IMG/VR virus record: IMGVR_UViG_3300023170_002258
Coordinates: 1 to 52,480 of that record
Origin: a virus
Taxonomy: Duplodnaviria; Caudoviricetes
Direction: 5' to 3' (one strand)
Length of the DNA: 52,480 nucleotides
Made by a program: the position numbers and the translations under genes. A model generated the notes under the pieces. It saw only the letters and a program-made list of their open reading frames with translations. It made no database searches and was not told where the DNA came from. The first letter of the stretch is position 1. Each line of letters begins with the position of its first letter. Positions 7,675-17,405 of the stretch are shown one piece after another.

Positions 7675-9140
7675 TTTCTTATCACCAGATAGTCAATATA
7701 TGGATTATCGACAGGAATATTATCAATTTGGAATTGTTTTAAGTAATCTCGTGTTTCGTGATATGCAGGTATTTTATCATATGCCCACGGGTCAGGATTT
7801 ACAATAGCAACTCCATCGTCGGTTAAGTATTCTCTAATATTCTCTACAAAGAATTCCCAATCTTGTTTGTTGTACAAAGTAAAATATGTATGTGTTTTGC
7901 CATCTTCGCCTTTGTTTTGCCAAGATGTGTTAATTTCATTATTGTCATAATGAACAACTTCTTCAGTTTTCCAAAACACGTTTGATTTCATAATAGTTAT
8001 TAAATCATATTTCTTGTCGAGCTCGAATTTTTTATGTGGTCTTATTTCTAATTCTTGTGGAGAAATTCCAAATGCATTCCAAAGTTTATCAAAATATTCA
8101 TTGTAACCTTCTCTATGTACTTTACAATCGGTTGTTTCGATATTAACAAATCCATATTCTTTAACTATAAACGGCATAATACCAAACCATACTCCGATAT
8201 CTAACCATTTAATATTTTTATCTAAATGATCGATGCCAATCGAGTTTAGTGCTGTTAAGTGCACGTTCCAGTAATACATACCTTGATAATTTAAATCGGT
8301 TATTCCTCGAAAGTATTCATTCTCAGGATTTAATTCATACAATGGATCCCAATTATAATTTCCGATAAATTCTTTGTACCATGTACGTAAACTACGACTG
8401 CTTGCTTCCCACAGTTCTTGACATTTTGTTAAATCAAAATTCATTGAAATATTATTTTTTACATAATCACTACTTGACAAATCTAAATCTTCATAGTACA
8501 CAGTTTCTGGATTAAAAAAAGAAAATTCTTCATCAAGCCATTTGTCGTTTTCTCTAACATCATAACAGCATTTAGAGAATATCTTGTAATCTATATCGCC
8601 GATATTATTATCCAACTGATTATTTTTTTCATTATGCCATAGCTGAGATTGTGTCGCTTTGGTCATACTGATGGCTTGCTGTACTTTGTCTTTTCGTTTA
8701 AGGACATAAGTTTTATCAGACATAGTAATCATTTCATGTAATATATGTTCAGGAATACTTTGATACATAATTATTTTAATGCACCAACTATCGTGTAATT
8801 TTTGAATGTTTGTCCATCTTAATTGTTGCTCGGACAATAACTGTTCAAACGAAGGATAACTATACAATCTAATTTTTTCCAAATATTCAGAAAATCCTAA
8901 AAAATGATGTTTTTCTTTGTCAAATTCTGGTTTATTGTTCCATGCCAATTCCCAATTATTTTTATTGATTGCATCTAAAAAAATTTTACTACAGATACTA
9001 AAATCGATACTATCATCTTTTAGTCTAGGTAACAGCATATCTTCGATGTTCATGATTTCAGATAAATCAATGTCAACGGGCTGTATGTTTGAAAAGGCAT
9101 GACTTCCTGTTCTAGGTGCTGCTGCTATTACTATTTTCAT
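7671..9140 (-). CDS. Fusion: Stf0-like sulfotransferase domain plus class I SAM-dependent methyltransferase domain
   Basis: N-half: AAPRTGS (PAPS-binding-like loop), LKRKDKVQQAIS...SQLWH, VYYEDL. C-half: WLDIGVWFG, KYDLITI, YLTDDGVAIV. Confidence 0.65.
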   Translation of the reverse strand: MKIVIAAAPRTGSHAFSNIQPVDIDLSEIMNIEDMLLPRLKDDSIDFSICSKIFLDAINKNNWELAWNNKPEFDKEKHHFLGFSEYLEKIRLYSYPSFEQLLSEQQLRWTNIQKLHDSWCIKIIMYQSIPEHILHEMITMSDKTYVLKRKDKVQQAISMTKATQSQLWHNEKNNQLDNNIGDIDYKIFSKCCYDVRENDKWLDEEFSFFNPETVYYEDLDLSSSDYVKNNISMNFDLTKCQELWEASSRSLRTWYKEFIGNYNWDPLYELNPENEYFRGITDLNYQGMYYWNVHLTALNSIGIDHLDKNIKWLDIGVWFGIMPFIVKEYGFVNIETTDCKVHREGYNEYFDKLWNAFGISPQELEIRPHKKFELDKKYDLITIMKSNVFWKTEEVVHYDNNEINTSWQNKGEDGKTHTYFTLYNKQDWEFFVENIREYLTDDGVAIVNPDPWAYDKIPAYHETRDYLKQFQIDNIPVDNPYIDYLVIRK

Positions 9141-10299
9141 TATCTACTACCTCAAGTGATGGCATTGCGAATATCATTTTGCCGCCTCGTTCTATCCATG
9201 TTTTTTCTTTAGCTAGGAATAAATCTTTAAACCCAAAATTTGGAACAAAAAATACGTCTGCTAATTCTCTTGCATTATTTTCATCCACAATGTGTATATC
9301 TGTCCCTACTGTATATCTGCCAATTTTGTCTGTATGTATTTCTGCTGCGCCTTCAAAACAATTTCCTATATCCCAATATTGCAACATAGTATTTCCTTTG
9401 GTACTAGCACCATATACATAACATTTTTTTCCGGAATTTTTTAATTGTAATAATTTTTCTTTAAGCAAAGCCCCATTGACCTTAACATTATCGAAAAAGT
9501 TGTGCAGTTCCGATACATCTTCTTCATATTGTATACTACCTTTTGTATAATGTCTAGCCCAAATTTGATAACTTCCTCCTTGTATATCGTTTTCTTCTAC
9601 ATGATATATTTCAAGACCGTTGCGTTCGTATAGTTCCACTAAACTTTTATATGTATAGTATTCTAAATGCTCGTGACATATATTTCCTAAATCGCACATT
9701 TTTAACATCGGTGCTAGTGTCATTAACTGTGCAATAAAAACGCCATCCTCACTTAATGAATGCTTAACGCTATTAATAAAATCATTAGGATCATCCATAT
9801 CATAAAACATGCCAATGGCTGTTATAACTTTTGCGAGTTTATTCTCCATGTACTTGTGGTGCCACATATTTGGAATTACTATATCTGCATATTTTGCTAA
9901 ACTATCTGTCAGATTAGGAGCGGGCTCGCATCCTATTTTTAACCTGTCAGGTAAAATTCCGCTTATTAAAGTTCCGTCATTTGCTCCGATATCTAAAACT
10001 ATGTCGTTTGTATCAGTTAATGCGTTTACTTTATTTGCAATATCTAATAAGTTTTGTTTTAATTTTGGATTTAGCCCGCTTTGATACCAGTAATGTTCTC
10101 CGTATAATATGTCCGGATCAACTGTATGTCTTAGTTGAACTAATGTACAATTTGTACATTGATCAATCACAACAGGTGCTGTTCCTTTTGAAATGCCAGG
10201 CTGTTCTGGAAAATCATTAATATGTAACTCTCCCAAATCTGCTACTTGAACAATGCTGCTTTTACAAATGCGACATGTTTTTGCTTCGTTTACTATCAT
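9112..10299 (-). CDS. NDP-sugar C-methyltransferase (NovU/TcaB9-like, Zn-binding N-terminus)
   Basis: CRIC and CTNC zinc motifs, LVQL, VLDIGANDGTL, NICHEHLEYY, YGASTKGNT. Confidence 0.9.
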   Translation of the reverse strand: MIVNEAKTCRICKSSIVQVADLGELHINDFPEQPGISKGTAPVVIDQCTNCTLVQLRHTVDPDILYGEHYWYQSGLNPKLKQNLLDIANKVNALTDTNDIVLDIGANDGTLISGILPDRLKIGCEPAPNLTDSLAKYADIVIPNMWHHKYMENKLAKVITAIGMFYDMDDPNDFINSVKHSLSEDGVFIAQLMTLAPMLKMCDLGNICHEHLEYYTYKSLVELYERNGLEIYHVEENDIQGGSYQIWARHYTKGSIQYEEDVSELHNFFDNVKVNGALLKEKLLQLKNSGKKCYVYGASTKGNTMLQYWDIGNCFEGAAEIHTDKIGRYTVGTDIHIVDENNARELADVFFVPNFGFKDLFLAKEKTWIERGGKMIFAMPSLEVVDNENSNSSST

Positions 10300-11898
10300 T
10301 TATTCTTTCCATAAATTTATAACAACACTATTACTACTCGGCACGTGTCCATAAAAATCATCGTGTGCTAATACGTAGCAAAGATCTTCTTGTGTTGTTG
10401 GTTCATCTTCCCATGTGACTTGTATATTATGCTTTTGTAATAACTGTTCTACAATCAAACTATAACTTCCTGTAGTATCAGTTGTATTTTTCTTATAAGA
10501 TTTTCCTAATATACGTACTGGTAAATTTGTTTTAATTATGCGCTTAACTAACAATTCGGCTTGTTTAATTCTTGTAATATGATTATTCATTGCTGGATCA
10601 TAATCTAAACAATGTTTGTTACTTAGCCAGCTCATCATTAAATTATCTCTTGGATGACAAGGGCCGCCGTCTCCCCAGCCTGGCAACATATATGCACTAC
10701 TTGTAATTAATTTATTACTATCTGCTAACCATTTCATTATTTGATTACTATTAGCATTTCCAACTGCACGAGACAAGTCTCCTGCCCAGTTAGCAAAGTT
10801 AATTTTTTGAATAATCCAACTGTTATATAATACTTTAGCTAATTCAGCTTCTTCTAACGTACCCTTGTTAACTTTACTATTACTGAATGTAGATAGTAAA
10901 TCTAATACAATACTATCATTGATATTATCCGATCCCAAAAACCAACAATCAGGATTTTGCAATCCGTTTTGTATATCCCCTTGACTTATTAAAAATGGCA
11001 TATAATATAAAGGACCGCTATACTCCAGTTCTCTGCAAGTGCCAGGACTAACTGTGCATCCTACAATAACTGGGGTATTATTAATATTAGACAAAACATT
11101 TTTCAGATTATCTATATTGTAGTCACTCGGCGCATCGTTTACATTATCTCCCCAGCCAACTGTTGGAGTGTCAACACAAATCCAAATTAAATCAGATGAT
11201 AATGTATTATCTAATCCATCTGCATTATTTTTAATATCATACCCTCTAACTTTTACACCGCAACTTTTTAACAAGTTATACAGTGTATTGCCTATATTTC
11301 CTAATCCAATTATTCCTACAGTTTTAAATTGTTTAAAATATAACTGAATATCTTGTTTATAATAAGATCTGATAATATCATGATACTGTGTATTTTCATT
11401 TAAGTATGTTTTGACTTTATTTGAAAATTCATTATCAAGTTGACTGTCTTTAACTTTTATTGGTTGTTTTAATACCTCTATAATTTTATCGATTGTACTA
11501 TGATTTACAGGTTGTAAATTATCTAAATCTAAATAATACTGTATATCATAATTTGCTAAAAAACTACACTGTGTATCCATGTGTACGTCTACACTAATAT
11601 TTTTTTCTAAGTTTGAAAGCACATATTCTATTGAAAAATTTTGGTTAACACATGCTCTCCAAATTTGTCCTGTTATTCTTTTCTCAGGATGACGTATTAT
11701 AGTGAATCCAGTATAACCTGTCAGATCGACATTTTTTTCTAATAAAAATCCAAACTGTTCTGCAATATTATTCATAAAACTGGTATTCGCATTTCTCCAA
11801 ATTGGAATAAAAAATAGTTTTTCACTGTGATTGACCCACACAGAATTATTCCATATTTCCATTTCTACTACTCTGTCTATTACTTCTTTCGGATGCAT
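10300..11898 (-). CDS. Fusion: sulfotransferase-like domain plus UDP-glucose/GDP-mannose dehydrogenase family domain
   Basis: N-terminal FFIPIWRNANTSF, FTIIRHPEKR, DVHMDTQ, YYKQDIQLY; C-terminal VGIIGLGNIG, ICVDTP, TVSPG, AELAKVLYN, GWGDGGPCHPRD (catalytic Cys), LGKSYK. Confidence 0.8.
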   Translation of the reverse strand: MHPKEVIDRVVEMEIWNNSVWVNHSEKLFFIPIWRNANTSFMNNIAEQFGFLLEKNVDLTGYTGFTIIRHPEKRITGQIWRACVNQNFSIEYVLSNLEKNISVDVHMDTQCSFLANYDIQYYLDLDNLQPVNHSTIDKIIEVLKQPIKVKDSQLDNEFSNKVKTYLNENTQYHDIIRSYYKQDIQLYFKQFKTVGIIGLGNIGNTLYNLLKSCGVKVRGYDIKNNADGLDNTLSSDLIWICVDTPTVGWGDNVNDAPSDYNIDNLKNVLSNINNTPVIVGCTVSPGTCRELEYSGPLYYMPFLISQGDIQNGLQNPDCWFLGSDNINDSIVLDLLSTFSNSKVNKGTLEEAELAKVLYNSWIIQKINFANWAGDLSRAVGNANSNQIMKWLADSNKLITSSAYMLPGWGDGGPCHPRDNLMMSWLSNKHCLDYDPAMNNHITRIKQAELLVKRIIKTNLPVRILGKSYKKNTTDTTGSYSLIVEQLLQKHNIQVTWEDEPTTQEDLCYVLAHDDFYGHVPSSNSVVINLWKE

Positions 11899-13118
11899 TA
11901 TTTAAAAATTCTTTCTAACTTTTTTACTTCACTATTGTAGTAATTATCATAGTAATGATTCCAATTATACTCGATAGTATCTTTTAATTCTTTACTGTAA
12001 CCCGATTGCCAATCACTATTATACAAGTCAGCAATTGTTCTGATTGCACTATCGATTCTTTCTTTGGCTGTAGGTAGACTATCGTATGATTCATCCCAAA
12101 ACGAATCAAATGTTTTAAATCCCATCTTTTTAATTTCAGCAAGAGAATTTCTATCACCTAAGACTATAAATGGTTTTCTCATTACAATACTTCTGGCAAC
12201 TTTTTCTGTTAAAAACGTTTTAGTGTCGCTACAATTATATTCATTCACAACTTCTAAAAAACAATCTTTACTTTCTATATTTAATTTTACAGCTTCGTCT
12301 ATATATTGATTATCCTGTTTTACATTATACGTATCATCTAAAGATTGTGTGTTATAATAATCTAATATATTAGTATCTACGTCATCTATATCCCACTGTT
12401 TAAGATAATGATTCAAATAATTTAGTTTATCTTCTGTTGTCGACATTGTTTCATCGTAAAAATGAAATGTATATTTCATGTCGTTTATTATTCCTAACTG
12501 AAACAATTTATAAAAACTGTAAAGTCTATGCGGTCTCGGTCTTCTATTAAGAGTGAATATAAATTTTTTAAAAGTTGTAGAATCTAAATCTACCATTAAA
12601 TCTTTAAAAGCAAAGTATCTATTAAACGATTCATGATAATCAATGATAGGAAATTCTTTATAAACAAACGTGTCGTCTATACTAACAGGAGAAGAAAATA
12701 CTGCATATTTTAATAAATTTGCATTCTTTAAATGATTGTATATCCATTTGTAAATATCGTAGCTAACTAAATTTCCACTTAACTCTCCAGATTTTTCTTT
12801 GTTATTACAAAATCCCCACCAATCAACAAAAAAGAAAATTAACTTTATTTTCTTAGATACAATGTCTTCTTTATTTTTTAAAACAATATCTAAAAAATTT
12901 CCTTCTTCGTAATATTTTTTTTGACTAAACACGTCTTGTGTACTATTTGGCAAATGAAAAGGCGTAGATAAAATTAAAAAATTGTCGTAAGATCCATTTA
13001 TATTTGCTAATAAATTTTCATTTTGTGATCTTGATAAATTATCAACAATTCCAAAATGACTGTCAGGATGAAATTTCAACATTTTGCCAATAATCTCTAA
13101 ATTCTGGAACATAATCAA
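11898..13118 (-). CDS. Hypothetical protein, probable GT-B/GT10-like glycosyltransferase
   Basis: LNRRPRPHR, LEVVNE...FLTEK...KPFIVLG...GFKTF..FWDESYD; the E...TEK...P.V.G pattern resembles the GT10 fucosyltransferase motif. Alternative start at 13082. Confidence 0.5.
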   Translation of the reverse strand: MIMFQNLEIIGKMLKFHPDSHFGIVDNLSRSQNENLLANINGSYDNFLILSTPFHLPNSTQDVFSQKKYYEEGNFLDIVLKNKEDIVSKKIKLIFFFVDWWGFCNNKEKSGELSGNLVSYDIYKWIYNHLKNANLLKYAVFSSPVSIDDTFVYKEFPIIDYHESFNRYFAFKDLMVDLDSTTFKKFIFTLNRRPRPHRLYSFYKLFQLGIINDMKYTFHFYDETMSTTEDKLNYLNHYLKQWDIDDVDTNILDYYNTQSLDDTYNVKQDNQYIDEAVKLNIESKDCFLEVVNEYNCSDTKTFLTEKVARSIVMRKPFIVLGDRNSLAEIKKMGFKTFDSFWDESYDSLPTAKERIDSAIRTIADLYNSDWQSGYSKELKDTIEYNWNHYYDNYYNSEVKKLERIFK

Positions 13119-14304
13119 AAATATTACTGTTTCTAACTTTATCGAGTTTGTTTGTTTCTACTATCATAGTTTCCCATTGATCGATATCTCTTTCGGTAGA
13201 AATAACATAGTCTGCTAAACTTTTAATATTTGTTACTTGCCAATCATTTTTACCTTTAATAGATTGCATTATATCATTATACCCTTTTTGCTTAATCTCA
13301 TATGGCATATGAATGCAATCCATATAACTAGGCTGATTCACTTGAATAACAAATGGAAATTTATACACTATCGGCAATGTTTGACACCAATCTAACAGTT
13401 GTCCAAAATTAAGCCAAGTCAGACTACTCATTGTACTATGTATTTGTAAAATTAGTTTGTCGTTGCCGCCTAACTCTCTTTGCCAATTTATAATTTTATC
13501 TAAGTTTCTCAAAAATTTATCCCATTTTCCAGGATATCTAACATATTCGTTTACTTTTTCAACGCCGTCGCAACTTATATTTGCACTCACTGTTTTAAAA
13601 TTCTTCCATAAATCAAAGTTCTTATCTTGTAATGCTAGTAAATTTGTGTTGAACTGTAGACTTACTTCATGCGATCTTCCGCTATCTACAATACGTTGCA
13701 GTATTTCATAATACTTTTGATTGAATAAAGGTTCTCCTCCTAACATATTTAAATGCTTTATAGTTGGTATAATTTCATCTAACAACTTATCAAATTCTGG
13801 CGTATTATACCATTCAAAATTTAAATTATCAACTTCTGCATTCCAATAGTTTAGTTCCGGATTTTTCTTTATATCTTCAAGCCATAGGCTACTGCTCCAA
13901 GGATTACACATCCTACACTGAATATTACATTTATTACCTAGTGTCATTTCCAAGTACTCAACGTTAACAGTATCCAAAAACTCTCTATTTTGGCTATCTA
14001 TAAATGCATTGTTCCAATCTTGTCTATAGCTGTGACCGCCACCTTGCTCGACTACCCAGCATCTATCGCAAAACGTATGTTTTTTATTTTCGGTAATATC
14101 TTTTCTTAATTCAGTATGTGCTTTTCCGTTAAGTAATTCTGCAATCGAATGACCGTCTTGTACATTTAAAAACTGCCATTGATCTTTAGGAAATGCTTTA
14201 TGATGCTGGTTATAGTTACAACACGGACGAACTTGTCCTACTGGATCTATACTTAAATGATTGAAAGGCAGTACGCAATAAGTGTCTTTATGCATTAGTT
14301 TCAT
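13063..14304 (-). CDS. Radical SAM protein with N-terminal Twitch/SPASM-like module
   Basis: CNIQCRMC, LGGEPL, NTN; N-terminal CVLPF...GQVRPCC...CDRC. Confidence 0.92.
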   Translation of the reverse strand: MKLMHKDTYCVLPFNHLSIDPVGQVRPCCNYNQHHKAFPKDQWQFLNVQDGHSIAELLNGKAHTELRKDITENKKHTFCDRCWVVEQGGGHSYRQDWNNAFIDSQNREFLDTVNVEYLEMTLGNKCNIQCRMCNPWSSSLWLEDIKKNPELNYWNAEVDNLNFEWYNTPEFDKLLDEIIPTIKHLNMLGGEPLFNQKYYEILQRIVDSGRSHEVSLQFNTNLLALQDKNFDLWKNFKTVSANISCDGVEKVNEYVRYPGKWDKFLRNLDKIINWQRELGGNDKLILQIHSTMSSLTWLNFGQLLDWCQTLPIVYKFPFVIQVNQPSYMDCIHMPYEIKQKGYNDIMQSIKGKNDWQVTNIKSLADYVISTERDIDQWETMIVETNKLDKVRNSNIFDYVPEFRDYWQNVEISS

Positions 14305-15286
14305 ATCCCTTTTTAAACTTAGTTATATAAATGTCAGTTCCACAATGACAATGGCTTTTAGGACATGTGATACTGTCTGGCAGATCTAATTCTAAGTTTT
14401 CATCGTATAAGTTTCCTACTCTCGGCATAACTCCGCAACTTCCCATATCAATGTGACCTTCACAATTAATAAAAATACTTTCTGTAGGAATCATACATTT
14501 CCATCCTTTAAAAAAGTTTTTTCCTTCTGCTACTAATCTATTACAGTTAATAGGAAATTCGGTACCATCGCTATAAACTTCTAAACTACCCATGCCGTTC
14601 GCTTTAGCAGGTACATATTCTTTAATGTTTTCTTCTAAATTAGTTGTTTCTAAAAATTTCTTGTGCTCAGGATTTTTATAATTATATGGGCGTGTTGTAT
14701 GACTAAGTTCTTCAAAAATAGGAACATATTCTACACGCCAATTTAAATTTTCATCGTCGCATTCTTGTTTTAGTCTTTTACTAAAGTCTATAACTTCATC
14801 CCAACAAGGCTCATGCATCATCATACGACCGCAGAGATAGTTAACTTTTTTACTTAAGAATTTGTATACTTTTAAGTAATGTTCGGTATCTACATATTCC
14901 GGATGATAGCTTGCAACAACATCGTCGAACAAATGTACATGCTCTTCCCACCAACTTAATTTGTTACTCAGATTGGTGTTTACTGCAAACTTTACTTCAG
15001 ACATTCCAGAATTTTTTATATGCTCAATAATGGGAATTAACGGTTTCCAGTAGCCAGGTTCGCCGCCGCTAAAAAAAACTTTAAGTCTGGTATATCCTTT
15101 TTTTAATTCATAGTCGATAATTTTATCTAAGCCTGCTTTTACTTTATCTGCATCTAAGTTTTTATTACTGCCATTCCAATTCCATTCATTGCAATATGTG
15201 CAACGAAAGTTACATAAATTACTTACTTGCCAAGTAATATTAACAAAAGGATCTCCGCCTTGTACAATTTTTACTAACTCAGACAT
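14288..15286 (-). CDS. Radical SAM protein with C-terminal Cys-rich (Twitch/SPASM-like) extension
   Basis: CNFRCTYC, SGGEP, VNTN; C-terminal GWKC...GSC...GNL...CPKSHCHCGTD. The track start is 15319; ATG 15286 is preferred because it overlaps the upstream stop. Confidence 0.9.
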   Translation of the reverse strand: MSELVKIVQGGDPFVNITWQVSNLCNFRCTYCNEWNWNGSNKNLDADKVKAGLDKIIDYELKKGYTRLKVFFSGGEPGYWKPLIPIIEHIKNSGMSEVKFAVNTNLSNKLSWWEEHVHLFDDVVASYHPEYVDTEHYLKVYKFLSKKVNYLCGRMMMHEPCWDEVIDFSKRLKQECDDENLNWRVEYVPIFEELSHTTRPYNYKNPEHKKFLETTNLEENIKEYVPAKANGMGSLEVYSDGTEFPINCNRLVAEGKNFFKGWKCMIPTESIFINCEGHIDMGSCGVMPRVGNLYDENLELDLPDSITCPKSHCHCGTDIYITKFKKGYETNA

Positions 15287-17405
15287 TCCACGTTCCTGTC
15301 CCTTGCCATGTATGTTCAAAACTTAAATCAGTTTCTCGAATTTTAACAAATTCTTTTTTCTGTTGATTAAATTCTTCCATATCAAATGCATTCCAAGGGT
15401 CTCTATTTTTAAAAGTTTCATCGCCTTTCCAAGCAAGTTTTCTTGCTCGTACAGCACTATTACTGTTGTCAGTAAAAAAGTTTACAATACCCCAGACCGG
15501 ACCCCAGGTATCAGGTTCGAAGTGTTCATTGTTGTGCTCATCTGTCCAGACTGAATCATTCCATTTGTAATCTAAATGATCTTGTTGGTATTTCCATTTA
15601 AAATCTGCATTCCAATTTCCATTGTCATCTATTTCAAACAAGTATTCTGCATCAAGAGGCGCTGCAGCACGTGAACCCCATTCGGCATATTCCCATTCAG
15701 GTACAAATAAAAGTTTTAATTTATATCCTCCACGAGCACGCCATACTGTTCTTAAAAATGGCCATATTTCATTTACAAGAGTATTTACAAAGTTTCCTTT
15801 GTCAGTTTTAATAATGTTGTAATCAAAATCATGATAATCATAATCGATTTGATTAAGAGTTTCAGGATTATTAAACTCAATAGTATAGTGACGTTCTGCT
15901 AAATTGTGTCTAGTAGGTTTAGCACATGCAGGATCAGTAACAAGCAAATCTGTAAAGATACTAAACATTTTTTGCTTAACCATTTTATGAACAATGCTAA
16001 GTCCGAAGTCTTCTCTGATCCAATGGTCATAATAGTAAAAATTAGATAAACCAAATCTTTTTAAATTTTGACCTACAATACCATCTACACCAACACCAAA
16101 GCCTGGACCTTGTCCAATAGACAGTAACCCTTTATCACGCTGGCGCCATAAAAATGTTAAGCTATCTTCAAAGTCTACAGGACGTTCATTTGGAAAAGCG
16201 GTAATCCAATTTGTATGTGCTTTAACTCCTGTGATATTACCATCACGAAAATTATCTTCCATTTCTTTAATTGTAACACGTTTATCCATTGCATCTAAAA
16301 CTGACTGTGATCCACTTTCGATACCATAGTTTAATGCATAACATCCACTATCTGCCAATGCCTGATAAAACTCTAAATCCATTCTGCCATCGCAACGTGC
16401 ATACCCAGTCCATTTAATGTCTAGTCCTTCTGCTTTAACACCTTCGGCAAATGCTCTTAGTTCTCTCAGATTTCCGTTTACTAAACTATCTGTAAACTGA
16501 AAAACTCGTGTTCCATAGTTATGATACATAAAACGAACTTCGTCCAGTGTACTAACTGCAGTACGCTGTCTATATTTGTAGTAGTGTGTTTCTTCGCAGA
16601 ATGTGCATTTCGCAGTACATCCTCGACTTATCGCACATAGTGCACCGTTTGCAAATCTATATTCTTCCATTGGAAAATCAGAATAATCTGGAAACGGTAG
16701 ATTGCTTAAATCTAATCTACTATCTATAGCTTGTCGAATAATTAGCGTATCGTTGTTTTTATCCGAGTACGTTATTTCTTTATCAGTTTCAAAACTTTCT
16801 AATAGTTCTAACAAAGGCTTTTCGCCTTCTCCGTTGATTACATAATCATATGAATCCTTTGTTTCGAAATAACTATAGTGTGTGTTTGGACCGCCGATTA
16901 GTATTTTTATATCTGATCGTTTTTTAATCTGATCTATCATATAGTGCACTGGCTCGATATTACAGTAATATAATGAAAAACCAACTACTTCTGGACTAAA
17001 TTCTAATATTTCTTCAATCGCTTCGTCTAATACTGGTTTAACGTATTCATGTAATTCTTCCCAATAGCTATCACCTATCCATTTCCAATCATAAGGACCA
17101 TCCCACGGATTATACCAAAGCGGCCACTTTTCGTTTCTATATTTTAAAAAAGATTTAATATTTAAATCAAATGATTTACATTGATAGCCTGCGCTCTTGA
17201 CTACACCGGACAATCGTGCAATATTATAAGGAGGAAAACTAGGATCCCACTCTGGACACATAACTAAACATAATTTAGTTTTTCTATTAATGTCATATGA
17301 TATGTCTAGTTTTTCTAAACCTCGCTGCGGCTTACCTGCATATTTTTCCATTGCTCGCATGGTTAGTGTACTGCGGTCTTCTAAATACGTACCGTTATCG
17401 CTCAT
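15279..17405 (-). CDS. Cobalamin-dependent radical SAM protein (class B methyltransferase-like) with long C-terminal extension
   Basis: B12-binding Rossmann features (PPYNIARL, VVGFS, IGGPN, GEGE), LPFPDY, SRGCTAKCTFC, GIESGS; ~250 extra C-terminal residues. Confidence 0.9.
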   Translation of the reverse strand: MSDNGTYLEDRSTLTMRAMEKYAGKPQRGLEKLDISYDINRKTKLCLVMCPEWDPSFPPYNIARLSGVVKSAGYQCKSFDLNIKSFLKYRNEKWPLWYNPWDGPYDWKWIGDSYWEELHEYVKPVLDEAIEEILEFSPEVVGFSLYYCNIEPVHYMIDQIKKRSDIKILIGGPNTHYSYFETKDSYDYVINGEGEKPLLELLESFETDKEITYSDKNNDTLIIRQAIDSRLDLSNLPFPDYSDFPMEEYRFANGALCAISRGCTAKCTFCEETHYYKYRQRTAVSTLDEVRFMYHNYGTRVFQFTDSLVNGNLRELRAFAEGVKAEGLDIKWTGYARCDGRMDLEFYQALADSGCYALNYGIESGSQSVLDAMDKRVTIKEMEDNFRDGNITGVKAHTNWITAFPNERPVDFEDSLTFLWRQRDKGLLSIGQGPGFGVGVDGIVGQNLKRFGLSNFYYYDHWIREDFGLSIVHKMVKQKMFSIFTDLLVTDPACAKPTRHNLAERHYTIEFNNPETLNQIDYDYHDFDYNIIKTDKGNFVNTLVNEIWPFLRTVWRARGGYKLKLLFVPEWEYAEWGSRAAAPLDAEYLFEIDDNGNWNADFKWKYQQDHLDYKWNDSVWTDEHNNEHFEPDTWGPVWGIVNFFTDNSNSAVRARKLAWKGDETFKNRDPWNAFDMEEFNQQKKEFVKIRETDLSFEHTWQGTGTWNV

